Position numbers and translations under genes: made by a program
Notes under the pieces: generated by a model
What the model saw: the letters and a program-made list of their open reading frames with translations, nothing else
Told to the model about the DNA's origin: nothing
The model's database searches: none
Sequence record: PP582757.1
DNA: 64,000 nucleotides
Reading direction: 5' to 3' (one strand)
Origin: Klebsiella phage vB_KM5a1-KLB31
Shown: positions 16,619 to 28,521 of the stretch, in pieces
How the letters are laid out: every line of letters begins with the position of its first letter
Numbering within the stretch: position 1 is the stretch's first letter

Positions 16619-17322
16619 TATAATACCTTTTTAAGTTTTTCAAATAATTCTTCAACAGTACCATTATTTTCGATAACGATATCAGTTGGGCCAATTGGAA
16701 GTCCAGCTTCCGTAATATGTAAATCTTCTGAATCGACAGCATCAGGACGAACCACATGAATAATAGTGGCACCCATCGCTCTGAGTGTTTCGATTTCGTG
16801 AACTTGTCTTACATCTGGTACAACGAAGTAATCATAGTCAGAATACATATTATCAAAATACGTATCTGCAAATAACTTCATCCAAAACATGCGATCGAGC
16901 TCATCAACAACAATATCAGTCCCAAGGGTCTGCATGAAACGTCGAATGGTCCATGGCTCTCTGTTATTTAGTGTAAGTTTTTCAACAACATCTTGAACTT
17001 TATACCCGCCATCAGTGCCGAACGTATCAAGTCGATATTGGCGAGATAAAATCATTAATGATTCGTTGAACAAATCTGCAGCGTCACGGTTATTCATTGC
17101 AAATGGACGTTCACGGTCCCATTCACCATTACCTTCCCAATCATCAAAATTCAAATTAGGTTGTGATTGTGTATTACCGAAACGAATATTATATGCACGA
17201 TGCAAAGTTTCTTTAATAGGCTGTGCAAGTTGATACTTCATTGAATTCAATTCGTTGGCAACAAAATTAGCGCAGGTATCTTTACCACTGCGCTTTTTGC
17301 CTACAATACAAACAAGTTTCAT
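16618..17322 (-). CDS. 1: Deoxynucleoside monophosphate kinase
   Basis: P-loop VGKKRSGKDT; size and position match T4 gp1. Confidence 0.9.
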
Positions 17323-17324
17323 AG

Positions 17325-17912
17325 TTATCTCATTGAAGGATGCATAGACATACGGCTCTCAACTTTACCTTGAGCGGCAGAGTCAATCTGTGGCCGACCT
17401 TGTACTATTATACCATCTATCTCTACCGCAAAAGACTTATAGCCGAACGAGACTGTACAAGGGACAGCCGGGTCTGAATCTTCACGATAGTTGAATTCAA
17501 CTTCTGACATGTTTGTAGGAAATGCACCGTAATAATGTATAGAGACAACGATTTTTGTTTTGGTGTTATCCAAGATATGGATGGTCACCGCTTCTGGACG
17601 TCCCTTTGGATGCCAGGCTTTGCTCTCGTGTGTCACGTAGTTGTTTATTGATAACATCCATTTATAGATTTCGAGCCAACCATTGAGCTCTCTGTCCACC
17701 AGGAATGTTACTATCATCGGGTCAAATTCTATCGTACTTGCCGGAGTCATCCCTCGAGAAATACCTTGCGTGCCGCCAGGGTTATCACTAATTGGAATAG
17801 TAATCCCAGGAAGATTGACCGATTGACAGTTCAACTTGAACGTTTCGGTGAGGCCTGCATCAGAGACCTCTAATATAAAGTTAGTTACGTTTGTCTGGTT
17901 ATAAAGACTCAT
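17325..17912 (-). CDS. 3: Tail completion / sheath stabiliser protein gp3 (start placed at the internal Met to avoid a 35-nt overlap with gene 2)
   Basis: Conserved position between genes 1 and 2. The track ORF is 17325..18029. Confidence 0.65.
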   Translation of the reverse strand: MSLYNQTNVTNFILEVSDAGLTETFKLNCQSVNLPGITIPISDNPGGTQGISRGMTPASTIEFDPMIVTFLVDRELNGWLEIYKWMLSINNYVTHESKAWHPKGRPEAVTIHILDNTKTKIVVSIHYYGAFPTNMSEVEFNYREDSDPAVPCTVSFGYKSFAVEIDGIIVQGRPQIDSAAQGKVESRMSMHPSMR

Positions 17913-17994
17913 AGTCCACCTTATTCGCTTAAATCCCAGCCAGTGTATAATGGTGTTAGGTCTGTTCCATTCAATAACTGGCTGGGTTAATAGA

Positions 17995-18837
17995 TTATTT
18001 CTTAGAGTTAGCCCATACTTTCTGAGCACTGAAACGCTTACCTTTAGACATGAATTGCTGCAATGGCATCATGACAACGTTAGCCCAATCTTGAGGTTTG
18101 ATTTCAATCAAGGTCCCCTTGATATTAGCCGGGATATACGCTTTTATCATTTGGTCAGCACCTTGGAATCCTTTCACTTTACTCCAATCAATTTTTAATT
18201 TAGTGCTGTTAGTAATTGTTGGTGTGCTTGCATATTGCTTCAAAAGTTCTTCAAGAAATTGTTGACGAGCTTTAGGTGGAATATAGTGTAAGTTCAACCC
18301 ATACATTAAATTATGCTTACCTAAACCAAGATAAATGATAAGTGGATATTTGTCCCAATATGGTAAAGTTTCTTTATGTTTAGCATCATAGATATATGCA
18401 TAAAGTTTACCTGGTGACGGTTTGGCTACTTTATGACCTCTTACACCTTGTTTGATGCTATCAGTGAACCATTTTGCTGATTTGTTATTAACAGCTGCGC
18501 CTTCGTTAGCAATCTTATCTCTAATGCTTTTACGGAAGCTGTTAATCATTATCAATTGACGTTCTGCTTTAGTTAATTTATGTCCTGGTTTCTTTTCAAG
18601 TTTACTTACTTGAACAGCAGTCTTTATTCTTGACTGATAACGAGACATAGCCTTAGTAAATGAAGCATAATTTAGCCCTCGCTCATCGGCAAAAGCTTTA
18701 CCTGTCATGCCTTTGGCTTTCGCGTTAGCGAATTCAACACCTATAGCAATCCATTGTTGTTCATTTTTTGTAGGTCGAGCACCGGATGATTTAGATTCGG
18801 CCTCTGTGATGAATTGAAATATACTCATCCTTTCCAC
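17995..18837 (-). CDS. 2: DNA end-protector protein gp2
   Basis: 280-aa basic protein (T4 gp2 is 274 aa); conserved position. Confidence 0.8.
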   Translation of the reverse strand: MERMSIFQFITEAESKSSGARPTKNEQQWIAIGVEFANAKAKGMTGKAFADERGLNYASFTKAMSRYQSRIKTAVQVSKLEKKPGHKLTKAERQLIMINSFRKSIRDKIANEGAAVNNKSAKWFTDSIKQGVRGHKVAKPSPGKLYAYIYDAKHKETLPYWDKYPLIIYLGLGKHNLMYGLNLHYIPPKARQQFLEELLKQYASTPTITNSTKLKIDWSKVKGFQGADQMIKAYIPANIKGTLIEIKPQDWANVVMMPLQQFMSKGKRFSAQKVWANSKK

Positions 18838-19274
18838 CCTAGTTTCTTCAAACTGTTTTCGGTGATTAATCGGAAATGAATACCCATCTTATCAGCAGTC
18901 TTCTGAGCTGCGGTCCATTTATCTTTATTCACAGACCATGTGTAGTATTCATTCATAAATCGTTTTTTAGAAGCTGCCGTCATATTGGCAGGCTGTTTTG
19001 GTGGCTGAGTTTCTTTGGCTGGCTTAACTTCAAAGAAGAATTGTTTGCCGTCATCGAACTTAGCCCAGAAATCCATATAGTACCGACGTTTCTTTCCATC
19101 AGCATTGCTAAAGTAAGGAATAACTACTTCTTCAGAGTTCCATTGGACCACATTCTTATGGTTGTCCAACCACCTCATAAAATACTGCTCCCAAGAAGAA
19201 CGATAAGTGATTTTCTTCCAGTCGCCTTTATATTTTTCTTTATTGACAGGCACGAATTTGCCGGAGTAAGCCAT
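18825..19274 (-). CDS. 4: Head completion protein gp4
   Basis: 149 aa (T4 gp4 is 150 aa). A divergent late promoter is shared with gene 53. Confidence 0.8.
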   Translation of the reverse strand: MAYSGKFVPVNKEKYKGDWKKITYRSSWEQYFMRWLDNHKNVVQWNSEEVVIPYFSNADGKKRRYYMDFWAKFDDGKQFFFEVKPAKETQPPKQPANMTAASKKRFMNEYYTWSVNKDKWTAAQKTADKMGIHFRLITENSLKKLGWKG

Positions 19275-19286
19275 CTTACGCCTCCT

Positions 19287-19312
19287 TATAAATATTCATA
19301 TACTTATTTATA
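19287..19312. promoter_or_regulatory. Divergent T4 late promoters (TATAAATA on + at 19287-19294 for gene 53; TATAAATA on - at 19305-19312 for gene 4)
   Basis: Exact T4 late -10 consensus TATAAATA on both strands in the 4/53 intergenic region, as in T4. Confidence 0.7.
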
Positions 19313-19324
19313 AATGGAGGCTTT

Positions 19325-19927
19325 ATGCTATTCAGTTTTTTCGACCCAATTGATTATGAAGCCAAGACTATAGTTAAGAACTCGCCTTCATTACCAAAGT
19401 CTTTAGCTAATCCTACACCGATGACGGACATATTCCGTAATTATCGGGCTTATTTTGATAAAGTGGCCAAACGTTATACACTAAAAACTTATTATATAAC
19501 CGGAGCGCCACGCCCAGAAGAACTTTCATATCAGCTCTATGGAAACACTCAGTTGTATTGGGTTCTCTTGATGTGCAACAACGTCTATGACCCTTATTGG
19601 GGTTGGATTACCAATCAAGAAGCTGCATACCAAGGAGCAATGCAAAAATACGCTGATGTTGGCGGTAATAAAACCATCTACCATGTTAATGAAAAAGGCG
19701 AGAAATTCTGGAACTTGATTTCATATCCAGAAGCACCGACAACCTGGTATGATAAAGGCGACCGTTTAAAACGTTATCCACAATATCAAGGCGCATTGGC
19801 TGCTGTAGATACTTATGAAGATGCAATCAAACGAAATGAATATAAGCGTGAAATAAAAATTATCGACCCATATGATATTGAATCATTTATTTCAACCTTA
19901 GTTCGTGAAATGGAAAAAGCCGTATGA
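19325..19927 (+). CDS. 53: Baseplate wedge protein gp53
   Basis: 200 aa (T4 gp53 is 196 aa). Late promoter TATAAATA at 19287-19294; precedes gene 5. Confidence 0.85.
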   Translation: MLFSFFDPIDYEAKTIVKNSPSLPKSLANPTPMTDIFRNYRAYFDKVAKRYTLKTYYITGAPRPEELSYQLYGNTQLYWVLLMCNNVYDPYWGWITNQEAAYQGAMQKYADVGGNKTIYHVNEKGEKFWNLISYPEAPTTWYDKGDRLKRYPQYQGALAAVDTYEDAIKRNEYKREIKIIDPYDIESFISTLVREMEKAV

Positions 19928-21663
19928 TTAATGTAAGCGATTCTGTAAGTTGGTTCGTCGGTGTTGTAGAAGATCGAATGGACCCAATGGAACAAGGTCG
20001 TGTACGCGTACGTGTGTGGGGTCTTCACCCTTATGAGAAAACTCAAGGCCCTGTAAAAGGGATAAAAACTGAAGACCTTCCATGGATGTCCGTATTACAA
20101 CCTACAAGTTCAGCATCTGTTTCTGGTGTTCAACAGGCAATTACCGGTATGGTTCCGGGTACGCACGTGTATGGTCATTTTTTAGATAAGTGGAAATTGA
20201 ATGGCCTTGTAATAGGAACATACACAAGTAACAGTAATGTAAAACCAAATAAAAATGAAGGCTTCTCTGACCCAACAGGTCAATATCCTCTTTATGTTGG
20301 TTCTGATACAAACCCATTAATTCGTGGTGGTGCTACCGGTGATAGTTCGACCACTAACGTAATCCAAGATGCTAACCTTGATGTCGGTATTAACCCTGAC
20401 GATACCGACCTAGCTGATATCCCAGAGGATAATAATCCTCGTTATGATATCGAAACAATGCTTCGTCGTGATGAAGGCCTTCGACTTAAAATATTTTGGG
20501 ATGTAAAAGGGTACACCGTAGGTATAGGCCACTTTATTGGTGAATTTAGAAAAGGTGATATGGATGGTGCTAATGCTGCCTTATCAAAACAGATAGGCCG
20601 TGAAGTAACAGGGAATCCAGGTTCTATTTCAATGGATGAAGCTTCAAAGTTATTTGAAGAAGATGTTTCTGAAGTTCAAAGAGACATGAGAACTAATACG
20701 ACTGTAGCACCTGTTTATGCTAAAATGAATAAATCCCGTCAAATGGCCCTTGAAAATATGGCCTTCCAAATGGGTATTGGCGGCTTAGCTAAATTTACTA
20801 ATATGCTTGCTGCGATGTTTATTGGTGATTGGAAAACTGCTTATAATGAGGCACGTGATTCTACTTGGTATAACCAAACTAAAGGTCGTGCATCTAGGGT
20901 ATCAATGATTATCCTTACTGGTAATATGGAATCTTATGGCATTCCAGTTAACCCAGACCAAGGTAATGGTCGTATGGCACGGGCTATGTTAATGGCTGCT
21001 CCAGCCGCAGCAGGCGATGACCCGAGTGACCCATGGACCCCGGAAGATTCAAGAATTCTTTTTAGAGAACCTGAAAGCAGTTATCAAGGCGCTTATCCTT
21101 ATGTCCAAACAATGGCCACTGAAGGTGGACATATAGAAGAATTCGATAATACGCCTGGTCAGGAACGTTATCGTTTGGTGCATCCAACAGGAAGCTATGA
21201 AGAAGTAGCGCCTGACGGTCGCAGGACGATTAAAACTGTTGCAGACGATTATTATATGGTTCAAGGCGATAGTTCCTTGATGGCGTCTGGTGATCGCAAG
21301 GTTAACGTCGGTGGTGATGAAGTTTATTATAATATGGGCTCACGCCGTAGACAAACCGATGGTTCTGAATCAATCTTTATACGAGGCGATGAAACGAAAA
21401 CTATTGAAGGCAATGGTACATTATACGTTAAAGGTAATGTGACTATTGTTGTTGATGGGAATGCTGATATAACTGTTAAAGGCGATGCAACGACATTAGT
21501 CGAAGGCAACCAAACTAATACCGTAAATGGTAATTTGTCTTGGAAAGTAGCTGGTACAGTTGATTGGGATGTAGGTGGTAATTGGACAGAGAAAATGGCT
21601 GCCATGACTTCTACAGCATCCGGACAGTATACTATCGATGGTTCTCGTATCGATATTGGCTAA
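19924..21663 (+). CDS. 5: Baseplate hub / cell-puncturing device with lysozyme domain gp5
   Basis: OB domain, T4-lysozyme-like domain (MLRRDEGLRLKIFWDVKGYTVGIGH...), and C-terminal beta-helix VxGxxxxx repeats. Confidence 0.95.
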   Translation: MINVSDSVSWFVGVVEDRMDPMEQGRVRVRVWGLHPYEKTQGPVKGIKTEDLPWMSVLQPTSSASVSGVQQAITGMVPGTHVYGHFLDKWKLNGLVIGTYTSNSNVKPNKNEGFSDPTGQYPLYVGSDTNPLIRGGATGDSSTTNVIQDANLDVGINPDDTDLADIPEDNNPRYDIETMLRRDEGLRLKIFWDVKGYTVGIGHFIGEFRKGDMDGANAALSKQIGREVTGNPGSISMDEASKLFEEDVSEVQRDMRTNTTVAPVYAKMNKSRQMALENMAFQMGIGGLAKFTNMLAAMFIGDWKTAYNEARDSTWYNQTKGRASRVSMIILTGNMESYGIPVNPDQGNGRMARAMLMAAPAAAGDDPSDPWTPEDSRILFREPESSYQGAYPYVQTMATEGGHIEEFDNTPGQERYRLVHPTGSYEEVAPDGRRTIKTVADDYYMVQGDSSLMASGDRKVNVGGDEVYYNMGSRRRQTDGSESIFIRGDETKTIEGNGTLYVKGNVTIVVDGNADITVKGDATTLVEGNQTNTVNGNLSWKVAGTVDWDVGGNWTEKMAAMTSTASGQYTIDGSRIDIG

Positions 21664-22172
21664 TGGCACAAATAACACCTATTAACACCACCCTCGAAGA
21701 AAAAGTAGAGGGTGAGTCTGAAGATATTACTTTCGGATATATTTTATTAGCCGATGAGACATTCAAGTCAATAAATATAATTGATTATCAGCCTACACCA
21801 GGCATGAATGTTTCTGGGGCTAGGCTTTATGGTACATATCAAAGTGTGTTCTCATTTTCCGGTGATGCTTTAAAGTATCGTCAAGGCGATGAAATAAAAT
21901 CGGCTTCAGCTTGGGAACAACTCCCTCCTCCATCTGAAGCCGATTTGTTTTTATGGAAAGCCCCTGCATCGCTAGAGAGGACATTTACTTATACAGTTGA
22001 GTTAATCTATATGTGGCAGCCTCCTGAGGTCCCTCCCGCCACAGAGGGTGGTTCTGCGGTTGTTCCAGAACCAGTCGAAAAGAAAATTCAACAGGTTTAT
22101 TCCCAACGAGTAGTTGGTAATTGGAGTAAATGGGCTACTCAATTAAGAAATTACGTTTATGCGGGTACATAA
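21663..22172 (+). CDS. 5.1: gp5.1-like protein
   Basis: Starts at an ATG overlapping the gp5 stop (TAATG); conserved position. Confidence 0.65.
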   Translation: MAQITPINTTLEEKVEGESEDITFGYILLADETFKSINIIDYQPTPGMNVSGARLYGTYQSVFSFSGDALKYRQGDEIKSASAWEQLPPPSEADLFLWKAPASLERTFTYTVELIYMWQPPEVPPATEGGSAVVPEPVEKKIQQVYSQRVVGNWSKWATQLRNYVYAGT

Positions 22173-22465
22173 TGGCCGGATTAAGTTTTGATAAATGCGT
22201 TACGGCTGGGCATAGTTCATATCCACCTACTCAAATTAACGCAACCCAAGGTAAAGTATTCACAGGTGGAATTGCCGTATTAGTTGATGGCGATCAGATT
22301 ACACCTCATACAAAAACATCAAAGCCATATGATACACATGGCGGTTCAGTCCAACCAAGAACAAGCAAAGTATACGTAACTGGAAAGAAAGCCGTTCAAA
22401 TGGCAGACCCTATTTCATGTGGAGATACGGTTGCTCAATCTTCTTCTAAAGTCTTTATTCACTAG
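22172..22465 (+). CDS. 5.4: PAAR-repeat spike-tip protein gp5.4
   Basis: 97 aa, as in T4 gp5.4. Start overlaps the 5.1 stop. Confidence 0.75.
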   Translation: MAGLSFDKCVTAGHSSYPPTQINATQGKVFTGGIAVLVDGDQITPHTKTSKPYDTHGGSVQPRTSKVYVTGKKAVQMADPISCGDTVAQSSSKVFIH

Positions 22466-22473
22466 GAATTAAA

Positions 22474-24426
22474 ATGGCAGACCAACCTACTAATTTTCAG
22501 TTGACCAGGACGGTTAACGCAATCCCACAGGTATTCGTGGGAGCAACATTTGATGAAATTAAAAAGAACATTATCGATTGGCTGACTAGTCAAAAAGAAT
22601 TCCAGGATTATGACTTTACTGGCTCTCGTATGAACGTTCTCATCGATATGTTGGCATACAACACCCTGTATATCCAGCAATTCGCGAACACTGCGGTATA
22701 TGAATCATTTATCGGTACTGCGAACAGACGTTCTAGCGTCGTCCAGGCTGCACAGGATAAAGGGTATCTTCCTTCATCTATGTCTGCGGCTAAAACCAGT
22801 ATTTTACTGACATGTTCTTCTGCTAATCCAGACCCGAGTATCAAGATTCCTCGTGGAACCAAATTCTTGGCTTACGCACGTGATTCTTCTGTTGACCCAT
22901 TTGCATTCGTTACTACAGAAGATGTAATCGCAATTCGTGATAAAAATGGTAAATATCTTCCTATTGTCAATATGGCCCAAGGACGTATTATCCGTACTGA
23001 ATTGCTTTATGACCCAGACCAGCCTATTTTGATTCGCGACCCTAACATCGACCGTAAAGAAGTCCGCTTATTTGTCAACGGCGCTCGTTGGGAAGATTGG
23101 ACTAATAAATCAATGGTCCATGCTGGTTCGACTTCAACTATTTTCTATATGCGCGAAACCGTAGATGGAAATACCGAATTCTTCTTCGGCGAAGGTGAAC
23201 AGTCTCCCTCTGTCGCTGGCGGTGTATTAGAAGCCAACTATATTGGTGGTCTGAAACCTGTTAAAGAATCTACTATCGTTATCGAATATCTTCGTACAGA
23301 TGGTGAGAAAGCTAATGGCGCAGTCGATTTTAGCTATGCAGATACATTAACGAATATCACAATCGATAGTATCACTGAGAACCCAACCGATAGTCCTGAT
23401 TATGTTGGCGCAGATGGTGGTGGTGACCCTGAAGATATTGAACGTATTCGTGAACTGGCCGTAGTTAAACGTGAAGCACAAATGCGTTGTGTGACTGGTA
23501 CAGACTATGATACATTCGTTTCCGAACGATTTGGTTCTATTGTCCAGGCTGTCCAGACATTTACCGATGTTCAAAAACCAGGCTATGCATTCATTGCTAT
23601 AAAGCCTAAGTCTGGTTTATATCTCACGGCTGTTCAACGTGAAGATGTCCAAAACTATCTGAATGGCTTTAACGTTTCGACAATTACGCCAAGTGTAATC
23701 AGTCCTAACTACATGTTCTTGAAACACGATATTAAAGTGACTTATTCGCTTAATAAACTCCAAGAATCTGAACAGTGGCTCCGTGCTCAAGTAATTGACC
23801 AAATGGACCGCTATTACATTGATGAAGTTGAAATCTTTAACGCAGGTTTTGCTAAGTCTAAAATGTTGACTTATATTGATAATAGTGACCACTCGGTACT
23901 TGGTTCTTCAGCGTCTATTACTATGGTTCGCGAAATTCTGAACTTTATGAAAACACCTGAAGCAGGCATTAAATACTATAATCAATATACTAACCGTTCA
24001 GTGGAATCTAGTGTCTTTGAGTTTACGCCTACAACCGGTACTAACTACAACGTTCGTATTGTAGCAACTGACCGAGATTCAAAAGGCGATGGTAAAATGG
24101 TTATAGGTCCTTTCCGTAATGGCGATGTCGTAGAAAATGCGAATGTTAAACCTTATACTGGAACAGACTTCAATAAAATGCCTGGTGCTCCAGCCAATCA
24201 AACCAAGTATTATGTTATTGGTGAGATTGATTATTGGTCAGATTACATTTATTGGGACATAAGCAAACTCGGATTAACATCAGCCCAGTTTGAAGTCCAG
24301 AGCATTGAGCTTTATGCAGGCCCTACACAAGATAACATTTTTACCAAAGACGGTTCACTGATTGTATTTGAGAACGATCTTCGTCCTCAATACACTACCA
24401 TTACTATGGAGCCTATTACTCAATGA
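22474..24426 (+). CDS. 6: Baseplate wedge protein gp6
   Basis: 650 aa; conserved order and size. Confidence 0.9.
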   Translation: MADQPTNFQLTRTVNAIPQVFVGATFDEIKKNIIDWLTSQKEFQDYDFTGSRMNVLIDMLAYNTLYIQQFANTAVYESFIGTANRRSSVVQAAQDKGYLPSSMSAAKTSILLTCSSANPDPSIKIPRGTKFLAYARDSSVDPFAFVTTEDVIAIRDKNGKYLPIVNMAQGRIIRTELLYDPDQPILIRDPNIDRKEVRLFVNGARWEDWTNKSMVHAGSTSTIFYMRETVDGNTEFFFGEGEQSPSVAGGVLEANYIGGLKPVKESTIVIEYLRTDGEKANGAVDFSYADTLTNITIDSITENPTDSPDYVGADGGGDPEDIERIRELAVVKREAQMRCVTGTDYDTFVSERFGSIVQAVQTFTDVQKPGYAFIAIKPKSGLYLTAVQREDVQNYLNGFNVSTITPSVISPNYMFLKHDIKVTYSLNKLQESEQWLRAQVIDQMDRYYIDEVEIFNAGFAKSKMLTYIDNSDHSVLGSSASITMVREILNFMKTPEAGIKYYNQYTNRSVESSVFEFTPTTGTNYNVRIVATDRDSKGDGKMVIGPFRNGDVVENANVKPYTGTDFNKMPGAPANQTKYYVIGEIDYWSDYIYWDISKLGLTSAQFEVQSIELYAGPTQDNIFTKDGSLIVFENDLRPQYTTITMEPITQ

Positions 24427-27400
24427 CTGTAAAAGCACCTTCCGTTACCAGTTTACGTATCGATAAACTGTCTGCTAACCAGGTACACATTCGTTGGGAT
24501 AACGTGGGTGCAAACTTCTACTATTTTGTAGAAATCGCTACAACTCGTACTGATGGGGTCGCCTTAGACCCCTCAAAATACATTTGGCGTGCACTTGGTT
24601 ATACCCCAGACAATGACTGGTTTGAAGATGACGCAATCCGTCCTCTAAATTATTACAAAATGCGGGTATCCGTAGCCGCCAAAGGGTTTGAACAGTCTGA
24701 TTGGGAAACCACTGAAGAATTCCAATCATTTGCAACTAACGCATACACATTTACTCATATGCGCGAGTTCAACCTTGTCACTAAATTTATCCAAGAGAAG
24801 TTCGTTCTTAATAATGGATATATCGATTTCAACAAAGACCAGATTATTGCATCTTTGATGTCTGAAGATTTCCAATTCAGCCCTTCTTATGTCGATATCA
24901 GTTCAATTAAAAACTTTGTTCTGCAAGAAGATGAATTCCATGAGATTCAAGGGCCTATCCAAAAAGTTTGTTCTGATGATTTAGAACGTATTATGCTGGC
25001 CGAGCTCGGTGGCGTTCTTTATGAATTCGAACGTTTCCAACCTATGGTTAAAGTGTCTAATGACAAAGGCCAGAACTGGAAATATGTTAAACTTTTGACC
25101 GACCGTGCTGGGAACCCTGTTTCTAAGGTCCCTTATTACCAGACAACCACAACTACTTATTTGCTCGGTTATGACCGTGTATTTTATGGCCGTAAATCAA
25201 ACGACGTTCGTTGGTCGTCTGATACGGTTAAAATGTCTTCACAAGACGTAACGTTTGCTAAAATTGGTGACCAACTTAAATTAGGTTTTGACGTTGAGAT
25301 ATTCGGTACTTATGCTCGTCTTCCATTAGCAGTATCGACTATTGCCGAAGCAATGACCGTAAGTGATGACTTCATTTATGTTGCTGGTCGTGGTAAAGTC
25401 TATAAAGCTAAAGTAACCAATGCTCCTATCGATTTAGACCCAGGTTCTCCTAGTTTTGGTGAGAAGTTATTTGAAACCGGCTTCAGTACAATTGTCGACA
25501 ATACAAAAGCTGTTTGCTTTAAAATGGATTCAGTCCAGGGCAATACTTATGCTTTGATTACCGGTGAAGTTAAAGAAGAAGGACAAGACCCGACTATTCC
25601 TGATAATGTTATTAGTTCAGAATCTAAAGGCGTTTATCTTTTAGACCCGGAAACAGATGTATGGACTCGTGTATTTGGTAACACTGAAGAAGAACGTCGT
25701 CGAATTGAACATGGTTGGACCTCAATGGGTGCCAATGGTGATGAAGTTTATTTCAGTAGCAGCAACTTTGCATACCAAGTAGAAAATGACCCAGAAGTAG
25801 TTCAGGAATACCCTGACCAGGTCAATGAAGGTGTTAAATTCGTTTACGAACCTCAGTATATTCATGATAAACATTATCTGATGATGAGCTTCAGAACTAG
25901 CGCCGAAAATGGTTGGACCAAATTTAAACCAGGTCGAATGGATTATTATGCAGAGCCGTTTTTTGCTTGGTCACGTCGTGATAAGACTCGTTGTTGGATT
26001 ACTAATTCGCGTCGTTGCATGGTAGTCTATGAAGACATGCTTTATCAGAAAGTTGTTGATGAATTTGGTTCTGGTTCTCCGGACCGTATTATTCATGAGA
26101 CTTGGGACAAAGGCCATGTAACTGTTACCTGTCCTAATATAGAGTTCCAAGGATTTAAACGTTATGCTTCTGGTATTATGCTTCATAAAAATACTGGTGA
26201 GCTCATCGGTTATTTCGAGTTCGATTATCGTGTTCGTGATGAAGTCCGTTTAATCTGGAAACCAAAAGAAATCATGTTCACTGCAGACCTTCAAGGTCAG
26301 GAACGTGAAATTCCTTGGACGCCAGAAGTTACTAATAAAGAACGTGACCCAGACCTTCGTCCTTTACTGAACAAGATGATGCCAGACAGTTATTTGCTCC
26401 AAGACACCAACTTTGAGAAGTTCTGCGAGTATTATCTGCAATTCTTAAGTGATGGTTCCGGAACATATTATAATAACCTTCTGAATCTGATTCGAGACCA
26501 ATATCCTCGTGAAGAAGATGCATGGAACTATTTGTGGTCTGAGATTTACAAACGTAATATCTATTTGAGCAAAGACAAACGTGATGAAGTGGTTCGTTTC
26601 TTTGAAGCCCGTCAATCTGATTTCTGGATGACTAAAGGCACTGAAGCAAGCTATAAATTCTTGTTTAAATTGCTTTATAACGAAGATGTTGAAATCGACA
26701 TCGAATCTAAGAACACAACTGAATATGATATTCTTGTTGAATCTGACAATATTAACGAAGACATCGTAGGTCAAACAATATACACCAAAACCGGTCGTAG
26801 TAATGTGACTTATCTTGAACGTTATTACAATGAAGGTAAACTTCAGTGGCGTGTCACGATTCATAACCTTTTAGGTAATTTTAATGCTGGTCAGGAAATT
26901 CTTTCTGAACGTACCGCATTTAAAGGAATGATTATTCGAGGCGTACGTGGTAAAGAGCTGTTAAGTAATACGATTGAGTACATCAACCGTAACCGTTCTT
27001 ATTATGTGATGACAATTAAATCTAATCTGCCAACCTCTCGTTATCGTGGCGACGTATTACGTTTTGTTCACCCGGTTGGTTTTGGATTCATAGGTATCAC
27101 ACTTTTGACTATGTTCATTAATGCCGGCTTAACATTAAAACATGTTGAGACGATTTTGAATATATACAAAAACTATCGTTGGGACGCAGGACTTCCTTCA
27201 GTTTATCCAGATCGAGTTGCAGTAATGGATTCGAATGGCGATGTTGAAAGAGACCCTGTAACAGGTGAAGTTCGTTATGATACACCTCCTAATGCAGGAC
27301 TTCCGTTCCCTATTCGTCCTGATTATATAGATGAGAACAATAACAGTATGTGGCATGGATTAAATCCTGACGAACGTAGACGTCCTATGTCGCCATTATT

Positions 27401-27518
27401 TGACCAGAGTGCAGTAACATTCGCTCAGTGGCGTGCATTAGTTGATAAACGTTTGAAAGATGATGTTGGCCATCCGCGTGACCCACAGAACCCAACACAG
27501 GTAAAAGTAGATGAATAA
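24423..27518 (+). CDS. 7: Baseplate wedge initiator gp7
   Basis: 1031 aa (T4 gp7 is 1032 aa). Confidence 0.9.
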   Translation: MTVKAPSVTSLRIDKLSANQVHIRWDNVGANFYYFVEIATTRTDGVALDPSKYIWRALGYTPDNDWFEDDAIRPLNYYKMRVSVAAKGFEQSDWETTEEFQSFATNAYTFTHMREFNLVTKFIQEKFVLNNGYIDFNKDQIIASLMSEDFQFSPSYVDISSIKNFVLQEDEFHEIQGPIQKVCSDDLERIMLAELGGVLYEFERFQPMVKVSNDKGQNWKYVKLLTDRAGNPVSKVPYYQTTTTTYLLGYDRVFYGRKSNDVRWSSDTVKMSSQDVTFAKIGDQLKLGFDVEIFGTYARLPLAVSTIAEAMTVSDDFIYVAGRGKVYKAKVTNAPIDLDPGSPSFGEKLFETGFSTIVDNTKAVCFKMDSVQGNTYALITGEVKEEGQDPTIPDNVISSESKGVYLLDPETDVWTRVFGNTEEERRRIEHGWTSMGANGDEVYFSSSNFAYQVENDPEVVQEYPDQVNEGVKFVYEPQYIHDKHYLMMSFRTSAENGWTKFKPGRMDYYAEPFFAWSRRDKTRCWITNSRRCMVVYEDMLYQKVVDEFGSGSPDRIIHETWDKGHVTVTCPNIEFQGFKRYASGIMLHKNTGELIGYFEFDYRVRDEVRLIWKPKEIMFTADLQGQEREIPWTPEVTNKERDPDLRPLLNKMMPDSYLLQDTNFEKFCEYYLQFLSDGSGTYYNNLLNLIRDQYPREEDAWNYLWSEIYKRNIYLSKDKRDEVVRFFEARQSDFWMTKGTEASYKFLFKLLYNEDVEIDIESKNTTEYDILVESDNINEDIVGQTIYTKTGRSNVTYLERYYNEGKLQWRVTIHNLLGNFNAGQEILSERTAFKGMIIRGVRGKELLSNTIEYINRNRSYYVMTIKSNLPTSRYRGDVLRFVHPVGFGFIGITLLTMFINAGLTLKHVETILNIYKNYRWDAGLPSVYPDRVAVMDSNGDVERDPVTGEVRYDTPPNAGLPFPIRPDYIDENNNSMWHGLNPDERRRPMSPLFDQSAVTFAQWRALVDKRLKDDVGHPRDPQNPTQVKVDE

Positions 27519-28521
27519 CTCTTCAGTAGTTTACCGTTCGATTATAACTTCAAAGTTCAGAACGGAAAAGATGTTAAACTTCTATCAAACTATCGGTGAT
27601 GGTGAAGACCAGAATACGATGTATGTAACATTCGGCCGCTCAGAACCTTGGGCGGCCAACGAGAATGACCCTGGCTTTGCACCACCATATCCGGTTGATG
27701 ACGTAGAAGGTGTAGAAGATATGTGGACCCACATGATGGGTTCTGTAAAAGTTTATAAGAGTATGCTGGATTCTATTATCCCTCGTAAAGATTGGGGCGA
27801 TGTTCGTTATCCAAACCCAAGAAATTTCCAGATTGGCGATATCATAGTTGCAAACTCTGCTCCATATAACCGAACTGATGCCGGTTCTGGCTGGATGGTT
27901 TATCGTTGTGTTGATATTCCTGATGAAGGTACATGCTCTATTTTCAGTATTACCGAAAAGCATGAGTGTATTAAGCTAGGTGGTATTTGGACTTCAGATG
28001 CATCAAGTATGCGTCCGCCTTCAGGTACACGAGATACCGAAGGCGACAATATCATTAATATGGGTGATGGTTACTTATGGGAATATCTCTATGAGATTCC
28101 ACCTGACGTAAGTATTAACCGTTGCACAAACGAATATATTGTTGTTCCGTGGCCTGAAGAAGTCAGAGCTGACCCTGAACGTTGGGGTTATGAAAATAAT
28201 CTTACCTGGGAACAGGATGATTATGGAATAGTGTTCAGGGTAAAAGCTAATACTATTCGATTCAAAGCTTTCTTGGACTCTGTTTATTTCCCTGAATTCA
28301 GTCTGCCAGGTAACAAAGGATTCCGTCAAATTTCTATCATAAGCAATCCGCTTGAAAAGAAAGTTATCCCTAGTGACCCTAATGTCAAGGCAATCAAAGA
28401 GTATTATGATGCTGTAGATATGGAACGTCATTCAGGTGAAATGATTTACATGGAAAACCGTCCTCCTGTTATTCGTTCAATGGACCAAACAGAAGAAGTC
28501 AACATTATCTTCGAATTCTAA
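27511..28521 (+). CDS. 8: Baseplate wedge protein gp8
   Basis: 336 aa (T4 gp8 is 334 aa). Confidence 0.9.
   Translation: MNNSSVVYRSIITSKFRTEKMLNFYQTIGDGEDQNTMYVTFGRSEPWAANENDPGFAPPYPVDDVEGVEDMWTHMMGSVKVYKSMLDSIIPRKDWGDVRYPNPRNFQIGDIIVANSAPYNRTDAGSGWMVYRCVDIPDEGTCSIFSITEKHECIKLGGIWTSDASSMRPPSGTRDTEGDNIINMGDGYLWEYLYEIPPDVSINRCTNEYIVVPWPEEVRADPERWGYENNLTWEQDDYGIVFRVKANTIRFKAFLDSVYFPEFSLPGNKGFRQISIISNPLEKKVIPSDPNVKAIKEYYDAVDMERHSGEMIYMENRPPVIRSMDQTEEVNIIFEF

Noticed and set aside
17913-18029. Longer gp3 start at 18029
   Set aside because: It would overlap gene 2 by 35 nt and add 39 aa not expected from T4 gp3 (176 aa). The internal Met is preferred, though this remains uncertain.
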